A DNA stretch of 62,926 nucleotides, filler included, from Circinaria calcarea (taxonomy: Eukaryota): the NCBI GenBank assembly GCA_051942165.1. It is 7 parts of 7 records of this genome, joined end to end, with 100 filler letters (N's around TTAATTAATTAA, not from the genome) between each part and the next. Parts side by side here need not be neighbours in the genome. Positions count along the whole stretch, not along the records: positions 45,031 to 53,930 come from JAVECS010001028.1; positions 54,031 to 62,926 come from JAVECS010001029.1; 5 more parts are not named here. One strand, written 5' to 3'. The notes under the pieces were generated by a model. That model did no database searches, was not told where the DNA came from, and saw only the letters and a list, made by a program, of their open reading frames with translations. This document shows positions 50,310 to 62,926 of the stretch, piece after piece. The translations under genes and the position numbers were made by a program. Position 1 is the stretch's first letter, and every line of letters starts with the position of its first letter.

Positions 50310-50317
50310 TTTATATA
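50310..50317 (-). promoter_or_regulatory. Putative TATA box of the KEP gene
   Basis: TATATAAA on the minus strand about 160 nt upstream of the ATG, followed by a pyrimidine-rich stretch. Confidence 0.55.
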
Positions 50318-53300
50318 GACGGTTTCCCCTCGTGGAGTAAAAGTTCGAATTGCTTCAGCTTTCTGTTTTGCCGGACTGATGGTGTCCTCGAATAGCAGCC
50401 AAAGCTATTCCCCGCATTGAATCCATGCCTAGATCCCTTGTTTCAATAAAGTGTATCCCACAAGAACCAAATCAACCATGGTAGGGAGTTGTCTACATCG
50501 AGATGTATCGGGTAGAATTGCAGCTGCCTTAGGAAGCCAGAATTCTAGGCTGATGACTAGCCTAATAGTAATGACGCCTTTGCACCACGGGCCCAATGAT
50601 GTTCGAGCTCCTGACACACATTACCCCGTAACTTGTATCTATAGTGGGCGGAAGTACCATCAAACCACTCGCTTCCCATCAATCTCACAGGAGTCGTGTG
50701 ATCAATTGCCAAAAACAGTCGACGAGTTAAAAGTAGAAAAACCATGACAGGGGTTACCACGAAGAGAACTTGATTTGGTGCAGGAATGTTGTAATGCGTC
50801 CTGCAAGAGTTATTGGCAGTGAAGGCGGTGCACTAACGTGGTCCAACGACCATGGTTTGAAGGAAACTATGACTGAGAAGAATCGGGGAAAGTTTGTTCC
50901 TACCATTAGAAGCCATAGAAAGACCGCAGAGATCCCGTTGGGTATCGGCGGTGATGGCAGGAGGTGAAACATGTGCAAACCGGAGCTACACCATGACAGA
51001 GCCATGTAGAGCAAGGCCGAAGGCATAAGAGCGGTAAAGATTTGTAGAACAACACTTGGGAAACGCTGAAGCGGTCTCGATCGACACATGCTCTTCGAGG
51101 TCCGCATGTTTCCCAGATCCAGGGCACGAGTCCCAATCCAAAGCTCCCTCTTCAGCCACCGACTCTCGTATATGTAATAGTGCGATGGCGTTGGGAGAGG
51201 CGCGGCGGAAGCGAGCGGACACTTGAAAGGGAAAGGAGGAAGAGGCAGGAAGGACGACTAAGCCACGAGAATGACACGCGTCAGACAGCGTGATTGCCTA
51301 GCTCCGACGCATTCAGCAAGCCAGTCTCAGCTGTTACCCGTATCGTTGGGAGACCTGATCCGGCCCCGATGAGATGATGCAAAGGCCAGATTCTGCCCAG
51401 AGGGAAGAGGCGTACCGTAGTACTACTATGATCAGAGTATGGGGTATAGCCGCCAAACAGGCTGATGGCCTAAGTAAGACCTACCACAGGCACAACAGCT
51501 TGGCGTTATAGCTCAAGGCTGGTGCATTTTTTGAGTTTCTCCACACTTTGGCATTACTGCTCTGGCATTACTGCTCTGCCCTTCTCCTCTCTCCATCCTC
51601 TCCCTTCCAGCCATAACGATCTGATTTCCCAAACTTTAAGGCGGACTTTGGCCCGTCCAAAGGTGCGAGCAGCCGGATCGGCGATTGGTACTGAGGTCTG
51701 TTGGATTGGTTTACTGTTCGTTTCCCCGCACCGCGTGCTTGGCGTAAGCGACCAAGAGGAGGCCTTGATCGAAGTCAGATTGGATACTCGCAAACCATCA
51801 CCCCTTCTGAAGAGGTTGAATACGAAGTACTTAGGTACACGGAAAATAATCGATAGTTGCTGCATATAATACCGCGCTGCATGCCTCCTGCATAAATCCA
51901 GAGCCTGAAACAAGAAAGGAAGCGGAGAAGTCGGGAAGTTACCTAATTGGGAGTCACACCTTCGCTAGCTTCTCACTCCCGCAGTCTCTTCCTGCTCCAC
52001 GCTTCAGCCATGCCTACTCCGGACACCACATGGTTATCAAATGACGTATTTCCCATACCGAGTACACAGACACGGATAGAACCGATCCATTTCCGTAACC
52101 ATGAGCGGAACTGAGCCTCGGTGTCAGACTGTGCCCACCATGAGGCAGCTTCGTCCATAATAGAGAGTCGCGATGGTGAAGCCGGTCGGTGGTTGCAATC
52201 TTCTGATTACCGTATAGCATAATACTTGGCCGGAATCGGCGAGTCTGCTCTGCTGCCAAGCACAACCATGTGGGTGGGCTGCAACAAATCCGGGCTTGGA
52301 CTTACCCTCCCTCGCGTCTTTACCCGCTATTACCAAACCATAACACGTGCCGCCCCGACGTCCCTTTCCAGCCCGTCTCGAAGGCGATCTCAGGACACCA
52401 TTTGGATCAGGCGATAGCTGAGTAAAGGCTCGCCTGGGTACGCGGATGTTAGGCGTTGGTGAAGAGAAGGAGGAGTGTAAATATAATCGCTCAGACGCGC
52501 TGCTGATCCCACTGATCCATACCTTGGGGGTTTGACGGGACCAATGATGTACAGTAGTAGTAGCAGCTCGACCTGGCTAGTAAGTACGTACTAGGGTCGA
52601 GAGCCTAATCATGCCACTCCCGCTTCGACTTGCGGTTCAACCCAATCCCGAAAGTCAAACCTCGAGTCACGTGCCTCAATTTGACCGACCAGATTTGTAA
52701 AGATCGCCATGAAGAGGCCCGAATACAGCAATGCTACAGAGAGTACCAAGTCGGTATGACAGTTCCATCACAGTTGAACCCTTTGACATGACATGACTGT
52801 CATCTCTGTCATGGTTTTATCCACTGAGCTTGGTGTACAGCTGAGGCGATTCATATTAATCATTCAAAGTTTGAGTCTTGGTTGAACTGCCAACACCGGA
52901 TTTGAGCGTTGATACGGAGAAAGTGGGAAGTTATTCTTGTATCTTCTATCTAGAAAAAACCCTCGGCTGATTTCTGGGGTTTAAAGTTCACGTATCATCA
53001 AGGCCGAGAACTTCGAGTGCGATAACGAAATTCCGGCACAAACCAGCCCCCCTGATCTTAGTGTACATGCCCATGATAATTTGTGAAACCCCCTCTAACG
53101 TTGTAGGTTGAGGGCAGCAAACCTTAGGCTATTGGTCCGTGCAAGGGTCTTTCCGTCAGCGGGCTAGAATTCGGATGATGTCGACTTTGCTTTTCTCACT
53201 GCGCGGCATGTCTCCTTCCTGCGTTACGGATCCCTCCAATACACACTCTTGGTCCCCCCAACACACCAGCTTCACAAACGGTTATCACCACCGCTCTCTC

Positions 53301-53784
53301 CCATCGTCCATCTTAGTCGCTGGCCTTGCAGCACCTGTGGGGTAAGGCCCCCACCTCGTCGTTCCGAGCGCGCTACTGCTGGACGGGAGAACCTGCCTGC
53401 TCGGTAGATCGAGGGCGAATTAGGTTCGGTCCCAGGTCGAAAGCTATGACTGTCATGCTCGCCCCGACTTCGAGACCGTGTCTGCAGCAATAACATTGAT
53501 TAATGGATGACTTACTCCTACTTCGGGGCAGGACTCCTTACCCCGTATTTTCGCGACTCTCCAGCGGAACCGCATAACAGCAACCGATGAGGCACAACAT
53601 CGAATGAGGTGATAGCTGGTGCCAATAGAGCGCGTTCAAGCATTCCCAACCTATCAGTACGCCTTCAGTCGTCATTCTCGTAGAGGGAATCACATCTTCC
53701 CGGCGCATCTGATCACCGCCCGTTGAAAATCCGCAGGTTCTTTGAACAACCCAAGTGCCAGAAGCGCCTGGAAAATCGGACAAG

Positions 53785-53930
53785 ATGTCTCTGGAGTCCG
53801 CCCTTGATGAGGAGCGGCGGGAGGTCATGGACATACTGGAAGGACGTTCAACTCAGGTGCGGGCTCCGTCGATCAATCAGAGCGCTCGAACTTCTAGCCC
53901 AGTTCCGCCGATTCGCAGTATGCTAGATAT
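53785..53930 (+). CDS. N-terminus of a probable fungal universal stress protein (Usp) domain protein, truncated by the contig edge
   Basis: MSLESALDEERREVMDILEG...SPVPPIRSMLD resembles the N-terminus of filamentous-fungal Usp-family proteins; the Usp domain itself is not in the window. Confidence 0.55.
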
Positions 53931-54030
53931 NNNNNNNNNNNNNNNNNNNNNNNNNNNNNNNNNNNNNNNNNNNNTTAATTAATTAANNNNNNNNNNNNNN
54001 NNNNNNNNNNNNNNNNNNNNNNNNNNNNNN
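53931..54030. other. Artificial contig spacer
   Basis: N44-TTAATTAATTAA-N44. Confidence 0.99.
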
Positions 54031-54744
54031 AACAACGTAACGCATGGATGACAGGTCCAGGCCCATCTCAACTTGAAGATGCAGGAACCTTCCTGGGGTG
54101 GCAATGACGATATCTGGATTGCCTGCCATGAAACTGAATTGTTCTTCAAGACTGTCTCCTCCAACAAGCAACACGCACTTTAGATCCGTTCCTCTCCCCA
54201 GCTCTTTCACCACCTTGAGAGTCTGTAGCGCCAATTCCCTTGACGGTGATAATATTAGAGCCCTTGCCCCGACCTTGGCACTATGGCCCTTTAACTTTTC
54301 AATCATGGGTATCACGAATGCTGCCGTTTTCCCCGAGCCTGTCCTTGCCATGCCGACCACATCTTGCCCGTCCAAAACCATAGGTATGGTCTTTCGTTGT
54401 ATAGGGGTAGGTACCGAAAAGCCTTTTCTTGTGATGGCTTTGAGAAGGTTTGCATTCAAGCCCATTGCCTGAAACCCCCCGCCTTTTTTCACACTCCTGC
54501 CCTTGACATTGGATGCTTTGCGGTTCGAAGCAGCTTGCGTCGCGGCAATGAAATCTGCGTCGTCTGAACCGCTTTCAAAAACCAAATCTGGCATTCCTTC
54601 GCCGGTGTGCATTCGTGCTTTTCGATCTGGGTGCTGGGTATCAACGCCATCTTCGGATCCTGAATTACCAACATTGTCAAATAGAGCCTGTGATATGTCA
54701 AATTCGTTCTCTGAAGCCGCAGGAGAGGGCGCGCGATGAGGCAT
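54031..54744 (-). CDS. DBP10: ATP-dependent DEAD-box RNA helicase Dbp10, 3'-truncated
   Basis: [53 protein letters not shown] (Q motif), [41 protein letters not shown]. Confidence 0.95.
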
Positions 54745-55163
54745 CTTCAGTATCAATGAGCGACTTCAACCATCCGTCGTCCTTGCTCGATACGACTTTC
54801 AATGAATTCAGAAATATAGAAGCGAGAACTGTGAGTTTTGTTCCTTCAAAGATCCATGCAATTCCACCCTACTGGTCTTAGGGCTGATCTCACTAGCTTA
54901 GTGGCTGATTATCTTTCCGGCCTGCCGGTATGGCGCGTAATCAATTAACAGGGGTACACGTCCCAGTAAGGTTTCAACGCGGACCCTCTGAAAAGTCACA
55001 GACAAGTTGCAGCCTAAGAAAACAGAGCATCAAGAGACCCTCATATCTCGAGACAGCTTCAGATTTTTGTCAATCCTTCTCAATCACCATCACTGGGCTT
55101 TTGCCACAAAGAGCACGAAGACTTCTTCGAATCAGCTGAACCGCTGAATTGCGGGGAAACAAG

Positions 55164-56164
55164 ATGGGTCCGTAAAAACAGCCTGTTATCAGATACCAAT
55201 AATCTGACTCCAGGCAGATTACAACAGCTACGGGAACGCTCAATACACCACCACCACCTCTTATGGCGCGCAAGGTGGAGCCGGTGGTGGCGGCTTCATG
55301 GGCGGTTCTCAAAGCGGCAGCCAGCAAAGTCCCGCAGGAAGGGTAAACAAACCCTTTCTCCCCCTTTCCCCCCAATTTTCTAGCACGTACAAACCCAATC
55401 CCAATCCCTAGGGCACCTACGGCAAAGATACCCTCCGCCCCGTCACCATCCGCCAAGTCCTCAACGCCTACCAGCCCCACCCAGACGCCGAGTTCAAGCT
55501 CGACGACGTCGAAATCACCCAAGTCACCTTCGTCGGCCAGATCCGCAACATCAGCACGCAAACGACCAACATCACCTATAAGATGGACGACGGCACCGGC
55601 ATCATCGAAGTGAAGCAGTGGATCGACTCCGACGCCACGACGTCCCTGTCCAACCCCTCGGACGCCTCCAAGGCGAAACTCGAAACCGACGGCTGGGCAA
55701 GGGTGTGGGGGAGACTGAAGTCGTTTAGCAACAAGCGCCATGTAGGCGCCCATGTTATCAGGCCGGTGACGGATAAGAATGAAATCAACTACCACCTCCT
55801 CGAAGCGACCTACGTGCACCTCTACTTCACACGCGGACCTCCGGAGCAATTCTCCTCCGACTCCAATCCCAACGCCGCCCAACCAGGCCCGAACCAATAC
55901 GGCCAAACCGACCCCTACTCGGCCAATACCAACAACCAAGGCACCAACAAACTCCTGCCGCAAATGAGCGTCGCCGCCCGGCGCGTCTACGAAGTCTTAC
56001 GCACGAGTCCGCAGAACACTGAAGGCCTGCACACGCAGAACATCGCCGCCACGCTGGGCATGGGCATGGCCGACGTGATGAAGGCCGGCGACGAGCTACT
56101 GAGTTTCGGCCTCATGTACACGACCGTGGACGATAGCACCTGGGCGGTCATGGACGGCTTATAA
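55164..56164 (+). CDS. RFA2: Replication protein A 32-kDa subunit (RPA2), 3 exons
   Basis: MDY..GAQGGAGGGGFM..|..KDTLRPVTIRQV, VTFVGQIRNIS, DDGTGIIEVKQW, NEINYHLLEATYVHL, C-terminal winged helix YTTVDDSTW. Confidence 0.93.
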
Positions 56165-56728
56165 TTTTTTTCGGGGGGGGGTTTATCCTGAGTGGTGTAA
56201 GTTGGAGTGATTTAGCTTACGGGTGGCAGCAGCGGCGGCGGCGGGATGAGATCTGTCGGTCGGTCGCTATGTGTATGTGTCAATGAAATGAAATGAAATC
56301 GAATGAGATAAGATGAGCTACGAATTGGGAACCTAGTTGAGGAAGTGTATGCAGAGCCAACAGGAAAGTATTCCTCCCCTTTCCCAACCCGAGGGCGCGG
56401 CGCAGGATCAATTCCCGTTCGTTGGTTGGTACTTGTAAATAGGAGAAGCCTCGATTTCAGATCTTGACCACTTGCAAAAAAGGGACCTCAAGACCCGAGA
56501 AATGAAATGAAACAAAACAAAACAAGCTAACGCCTATAGATATATATATCACATAGGCCGAGAATTCTTTAAAAGCTGGCTGCGAAATAGATCTTCGGGT
56601 TATAGTGAGTTTTTTTGTCTTGTGCAAGAATGTCCAATAGCCAATAGAATAGGATAGAATAAAATTTGCACTTGGTCCCCACCCAGCCTTCTTCCCCTTT
56701 TTCTATTCTGCGGCTCCCCTCCAAACAT

Positions 56729-58126
56729 CTATTCCGCATATGCCAAATACACCTCCAAGCCCTTCTCACTCTCGAGCTGCAATTCCTGGCCCGGCCCGAC
56801 AAAAAACACAAAGCCCTCTTTAATCTCCCACTCCTTCCCCTCCGCCCTCAGCTTCCCTTTCCCCTGGGTCGAAAACAGCACACTCGGCCCCCCAATCGCC
56901 TCGACGACCTCCGTCTCCCCCTCGCCCAAACACGTCCTCAGCATGTTAAACTCGCTCATATCCGGTTGATAGACGACCGTCTTGCCGTGCTTCCCCTTGT
57001 CGCTCTTTGTCGGCTTCAGCAAGGCTTCGTCGACCGAGTGCGGGACAAAGGTCATGGCGGAGGTGAACAGCTCGATGTTGTCGCGCTCGGCGCGGGGGCA
57101 GAAGCCGGTATTGAGGACGTTGTTGGAGCGGGCCATGCATTCGACGATGTCGCCTGAGAGGTAGGCGTGGGGGGAGTCGGTGGGAATGAAGATGGCGTCG
57201 CCGGCGGAGAGGGTCATGAAGTTCATCATACTGTGGGAAGGGGGGTTAGATTAGCCAGGTGGATGTTATGAGTAGGAGGAAGGATGAGAGGGGATGACGC
57301 ACAGGAGGGCGACTAGGTTTCCGGGGTCCTCTTTGGAGTATTGCTTCTGCAGGCGTGGGAGGAGATCCAGGATGTAGGCTGCTTGTCCTAGTTTCTCTTT
57401 TGGGATTTTACCCAACTTCTCCTGGGTTTCGGCAATGGTCTCGTCTGAAGCTTCGAGTATCGCCTGGCCAATATGCCTCAAAGTATCGTTATTAAACGGG
57501 TCGTACTTCTCTGGGAGGAACTGCTGCAGAGACTCCAATCCGAACACGGCTTCGATGTCCTTTTTTGGCTTCCATCCCGCAAAAACTTCGAACTTGCTTA
57601 AGGCAATGGCTATTTCAGGCTTGTGATTGGTATCCGTAAACTTCTCCGGGTCTTTCTTGTGCAACTTTGCAGAAAGCTCTTTGTCCGGGTGAATCTGTAG
57701 CGGAAGCGCTTTTGCGATGGAGAGAATCTAATGAAGATTGTGTCAGATCGGAAGACCCTAACCATTTCAATCGTGGAAGATCGTACCTTGGGTAAGAATG
57801 GCAATACTCCCCCGAACTTCTCTATACACTTCTTTCCGAGTAGTTGCTCCTTGTTCTCGTCAATCACTTTAGGCAATTCCTCTTTTGTCTCGAGGACTTT
57901 GGCCGGCAAGACGGGATAATCCCCCATCCACATCTCGGCATACTCCTTGGATTCCTCAATCTTGAAGCCCGTGTTGGGCGTTTGAGCGCACAGACGAGCA
58001 GAAAGTGATTCCTTTCCCTTTTTTCCCCATGGATAGTTCTATCTAATTAGTCAGGAAAGTCGAGTGATACGAGATGGAAGTACTTGCGTTGCATGAACAT
58101 GCAAGTTGCATCACTGAGGGAGTCAT
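56729..58126 (-). CDS. Type I mannose-6-phosphate isomerase-like protein (divergent paralogue), 4 exons
   Basis: NYPWGKKG, YAEMWMG, LPFLPK|ILSIAKALPLQIHPDK, DTNHKPEIAIAL, PHAYLSGDIVECMARSNNV. Confidence 0.9.
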
Positions 58127-58773
58127 GATAAGATCGCTCGAGTACCGAAAATTTCAATGAGACAAAGAGGACTAATTGAAGTAGAGTGATGCTAATGTTC
58201 TTTCGAACGAAAGAAGACGGCAAATTATTCACACACGACCGAAACAAGAGGGACCGCTTTCAATGACTTCATCCTGGACAATTTGCGGTGACGTAGATGC
58301 TTTAGAGATAATGGTCGAGGTAGATTCATTTGATGATCCCCTATGACGAATATACGCAGAAATAAGGTAGCCGTTATGCTCCATCACTCATTGGTGTTTT
58401 ACGTATGTCCCAATAACATCAAGATAGGTAGATCTTGAAGTCTCATGTGGTTTGGTGGGCCACCGCAGAATCAACGAAAAGATCAGCCTTATGGTAGGCG
58501 AGAGGTTATCGCGCCTATTCCGAGACTGGGAAGGGGGGGCGAAAATGGAACGTCTGATGTACGATAGATTGTTATCTAGAAACGCTTCGAGTAGGTGAAT
58601 TAACTCGGTTTATTCCACTACGCCTAAAACAGCCATGGATCTATTATCATTGTGAACCTCATTTGAATACGCCGACTGCCTGTGATGTCTCCAATCCACA
58701 TTTCACCAGCGTTAATTTTTCTTCAGTATCCGAGGGGCATAGTAGCTACAACGGAACATGAATTGCCTCCGAA

Positions 58774-60927
58774 TCACGCGTCTGCATTCCTCTTGGCCGC
58801 ATCTTCCACAGACCTATTCCAGTTAGTCTTGTATAGGAATACACTCTCGATCGCAGCAACTCTATCCAGTATGGTTAGTATTCAATTCACGGGCGCGCGT
58901 CTCCATGTCTGAAGTCGGACAGAACTTACAATCCCAATGCTACGGCAACCCCTCCCCATAACCCATGCAATCCCCACCCCAGCCCGAATGCAGTTCCCAT
59001 ACTAATCGGCACGCCAACAGCATAGTAGCAGAACAGCTGGACCCAACCTCCTATCTCTTGTCTCCCCAAGCCCCTCAGTATCCCATTGCAATTCGCGGCC
59101 AGTGCGTCGAAAAGCTGAAATGTGGCGCAGATAGGGAGCACGTCAGCAACGATGGCAATAACCTCAGGGTCGCTGGTCAGAAGGCGAGGGAAGTAATGAC
59201 GCAACGAGGACAGTAGGATGACATTAAAGATCCCGACGCCGGTCGCTGCAATGAGACAGACTTTCGCACTTGTCTTGGCTGCATCGGTGAGTGTGGCACC
59301 TATAAGATTTGCTATTCGCGTACTAGCAGCGATAGAGATAGGGAACGGAAGCTGGAAAGTAAGAGCGATTGCTGTAGAGAGGATACTCTGGGAAGCAAGA
59401 ACAGTGGTGCCAAAGTAGGAGGAAGCAAGGGTAAGTAACTCGAAGGCTAGATATTCGGCTTCAACCATAAGGAGGCCGGGAAGGGCAAGACGCACCATGG
59501 GCCCCCAATTCTGAAATGCTCGCCGGGTGAAACCTGGCCAGCAGGCAGAACCCGCGACAAAGCGGACATAGAGGAATAGAAGGATGGGAAGAAGATTGTC
59601 GGTTATGGCGACGGCAATAGGAGCGCCAACAAAGCCCCATTTAAATTGCTATTGTTGATGTTAGCACAAAACAAGATTGATGACTCAATATGAACTAGAT
59701 GCGGCTTACCCAGACAAAAAGCCAATTCAAAAACGCGTTAAAGGGAGCAGCAATCAGGAGTACGTACAAAGCAGCGGAGAACAGACCTTGTGCCTGTACA
59801 TAACGCTTACCACTTTCAAAGCAGGCATATCCCGGTGCGCCGATGAACACGACCTTGAGGTACTGACCAGCTAATATAGCGACGTCTGGTTCAGGTACTA
59901 TGCGGATCAAGATAGCTTCTGCACTGAGCCATATAATCCCTATCGGGACGCTAATGACCCAGAGGAAATAGATCATCCTTTGCATTTGCAACCCGACCAA
60001 CTTCTTGCGGCCCGAACCGTATGCTTGCGAACACAACGTATCCAGACTCGTGGCAAGTCCCTGATATATTGCATATCCTGTGATATTCGCAGTCATACTG
60101 GCCAAACTGACTGCTGCGAGCTCAGAGGTACCTAAGTGGCCAACGGTAAAGATGCTGGCCACCGTGAGCGAGTACTGGAGGAGAAAAGTGACAATGAGCG
60201 GCCCTGAATAACGGGCTAGGACCTTGGCCTCTCGTTGCCAAGTGGTGCGTATTTTTCCTGCTGCAACAGCTTCCTCCCACCTTTTGTTCAGTGTCTCTGG
60301 AGTATCCTGCCCACCGTACGGCAGTGCCGGGTCGCCTAATAGGGGCGTCGTCTCTGCCGCACCTGATACGGGGTTCTCCATAGCTTCAACAGCTGCGTCT
60401 TCATCAGGATGGACGACCTTTCTGTCACCCCCGGGAATACCCACCGCAGCTAAATGCCGATTTAATCGACTGCCGATAGTATGTGACCCCTTCTGTTGTT
60501 GAGGATGTTTGGGAGGGATGACATTATTGTCTCGGAGCAGGCTTCTTTCTTCTCTTCTAGCTTCGTGTCTTTCTGCCTTTGTCGGGTGTCTGTCTGACCC
60601 GATTAGGCTCGGCACTATCGTCGCTCTAGGACCTGCGGTCGCAAAGCTTGGCTGTCTATATGAGCCTTCCATCGAGTGGCTAAACGACGTGCCAGCTTTA
60701 CCTGGGCGTATCGTGGAGGCTTCTGAGTCCGACTCATCATCGTTGTCTGAATCTTCGATAGGATTGTCAGGGTCAAGATCCGGTTCTGCTTCCAGATCGC
60801 GAGCTATTGAAGCTTCAGCCACCGGCGACCTTCCTGATAGAATCCCATCGTGAGATCGGCTTCGAGTTTGCCATAGGCGGCCAGGCCTCATGTGTCGACT
60901 AGAATTCGAGGGAGTAAAGCTGGTCAT
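58774..60927 (-). CDS. MATE-family efflux transporter (Erc1-like), 3 exons
   Basis: QYSLTVASIFTVGHLG..ELAAVSLASMTANITG, GLATSLDTLCSQAYGSG, LALPGLLMVEAE, STRIANLIGA, GILRGLGRQ; about 12 TM segments; stop TGA 58774-58776. Confidence 0.93.
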
Positions 60928-61432
60928 GGTTTTTTGCTGTTGTGGCAATCAATTATGTCTTCCGTGACTGTTGTAGAGAAGTAATATAAATGTAGGAAAT
61001 GAGTCATCGAAGCAGAGCAGAGTCACAACTCGAGCTGTTATCAGACTAGAGAGAGCACATTAGTATTAATGGTTTTCAGAGCTCCACCGGACTCATGTAA
61101 GCACATTGAGAATAATGACCAGTAGTAATATTGTCGATAATATTATGTGGGATGTGCGATTTACCCCACAGTTAGGTAAATAAAGCACATGACAAACTGA
61201 TTGGAGCCAAGATAACGGTTGGCCCCCTGATCCCTGCATCAACCCCTAGCGCTGGCACGTGCATCCCCGCAACGATAGCCGACCCAAACCCTAAGCCGCA
61301 GTTAATCACGACATACAATGATGGATCAACCAATTCGAAGCGTTTTGGTATCCTTCATATGAGCCATCCAGGTGGTGATAACTTCTCAATCATCAAGATG
61401 ATTACGGTAGTCTATCATCCACCAACTCGATA

Positions 61433-62041
61433 ATGACTTCAATCCATGATTTCTTCGTCGCGCTCATTGCCCGCTTTAGCCTCCGTCCGATTCATCTGGA
61501 AGAGAAGTATGACGTCTTGACTCCCATCAACCCATCGTTTTCCCAAATACTGACAGATTCATAACAGTCCCGAGCACCGTCCTAATCCTCTTTTCCGCCA
61601 CCCCCTGCTCGCACCCCTCCTCATCCCCAATACCGCCTCCACAACGCGCGACCACCTCGCCAACGAGCGTACCTTTCTGTCCTGGCTCCGTCTAAGCATC
61701 TATCTCTCCATCGTCAGTATCGCTATCATATTGTCCTTCCACTTGCGCTCCGCTCCGACGTCCGTCGAAAAGAAAGTCGCACTACCGCTGGGATTGGTGT
61801 TTTGGTTCTTGAGTCTGGCCTGTTTGATTAGTGGGGCGGCGAATTATGCGAAGACTGTGGTGAGATATGAGAGGAGGGCGGCGTTGGTGCAAAGTGGGTG
61901 GAAAACACAGTTGGTGAGTTGGTCTGTCTTCAGGTTTTGTGACAAGACTGCTAAGCGGATAAGGTGTTTACAGTGGTGGCGTGTGCGATTGTGGCTGCTT
62001 GTGTGGTTTTTCTATCTACGAATGCTCAATCTTCGAAGTAA
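61433..62041 (+). CDS. DUF202 (YidH/VTC-like) small membrane protein, 3 exons
   Basis: RDHLANERTFLSWLR signature followed by three hydrophobic segments; start approximate. Confidence 0.85.
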
Positions 62042-62250
62042 GGAGATAAAATTGGGATGTTTATTGTTACGGAGTTCATAAACCATTGACAAGTTGGAGT
62101 GCGTATGCAGCGAAGTTAAGATTCCTTGTATCCCACACGACCCAACTCCGCTTGTATTCGAATTCACAACTGCTTTATCATGAGAAAAAACCCTCATAAC
62201 TTTGAGAAACGTTCATCAGGTAGTATGGGCCTTCGTACTGTTTCCTATAC

Positions 62251-62926
62251 TCATCCATGATAGGCCTCCATTCGCAGCTCCAACTCCTCTATCTTGGCAA
62301 AGGCCCTGTCCAGACGAGACAGGATCTCGTTACGGGTGTTCGCCAAAGATTGTGAATCCGGGTGGTATCCATTGCGTTCAGTCTTCCCAGAAAGCGCCTG
62401 ATTTCCTGCGTATCCCCATTGGTACCCTATCCAAGGTTCGACCATGGTATCGGGTACGTCTTTACTTGGTAGAGGGGCTAAACCCTGGACGACGTCATTG
62501 TCGAATATCAAATCTCGGGGGTGTTCGTCAAGAAGTTCCGGTGGTGTCTCTACAGAGATATGTTAGGTCATGAAACAACAGTGATTTCGTTCACACATAC
62601 CAAGACCGAGTGCCTCGTTTGCCTCAGATATTTTCTTGAGGTTCTTGCTCAAACCCCATGCCTTGATCTTATCTTTGAAGAGTTTCTCCCTTGTTGAACG
62701 TGTCAGAATGTTCTCCTTTTCGGAGTCAATTAGCACGTGAAGTACTGCTTACGATGCTTTAAAACCATGTTTCTCTTCCAAGATTTCTCTCGTTTCCGCA
62801 AGGGTCTTGTATTGATCTCGATAAAGAGCGGTAAAGGCAGGTCGGATCTGCTCCCACTTGGCCGGGCTGATACGTGGTCGCCGCTTCGACTCGGGACTGG
62901 CTTGATCTTCTATCTCTGGGGTTAGA
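62251..62926 (-). CDS. Clr5-domain protein, 5'-truncated by the window end, spliced
   Basis: KWEQIRPAFTALY...TLAETREILEEKHGFKAS|..FKDKIKAWGLSKN matches the Clr5 domain pattern; last exon ends LELRMEAYHG*. Confidence 0.7.

Noticed and set aside
55070..55963. 297-aa minus-strand ORF
   Set aside because: Antisense shadow of the GC-rich RPA2 coding sequence
56278..56320. (AAATG)n short repeat downstream of RPA2
   Set aside because: Ordinary microsatellite in a 3' intergenic region

Overview
Eukaryotic DNA from a filamentous ascomycete (Pezizomycotina-type genes with short GT-AG introns). The window is not one locus. It is seven contigs of steadily decreasing length (8911, 8909, 8904, 8904, 8902, 8900, 8896 nt) joined by 100-nt artificial spacers (N44-TTAATTAATTAA-N44), so adjacency across spacers is meaningless. 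Contig 1: Arg/Pro-rich repeat protein, an LTR, a disrupted PTH11-like membrane protein and a PhyH-family dioxygenase. Contig 2: PSF2 (partial) and flbA. Contig 3: an accessory segment with RIP-like damage (solo LTR with perfect TSD; pseudogenised methyltransferase, NACHT fragment and FHA-kinase). Contig 4: a divergent P450/EthD pair and a large hypothetical protein. Contig 5: a CorA-like protein and a frameshifted hypothetical gene. Contig 6: a FAX/GST-like 3' end, a flavin-dependent halogenase, a secreted repeat precursor and the start of a Usp-like gene. Contig 7: DBP10, RPA2, a PMI-like paralogue, a MATE transporter, a DUF202 protein and a Clr5-domain protein. The most notable feature is the 493-aa secreted precursor (48667-50148, minus strand). 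It has Kex2 (RR/KR) sites and Ste13-type (X-A/X-P) spacers that would release five to six cationic peptides with Ser at every third position (KxxK-rich, silaffin-like), and it lies just upstream of the halogenase. All product calls come from recognising motifs by eye; no database search was run.
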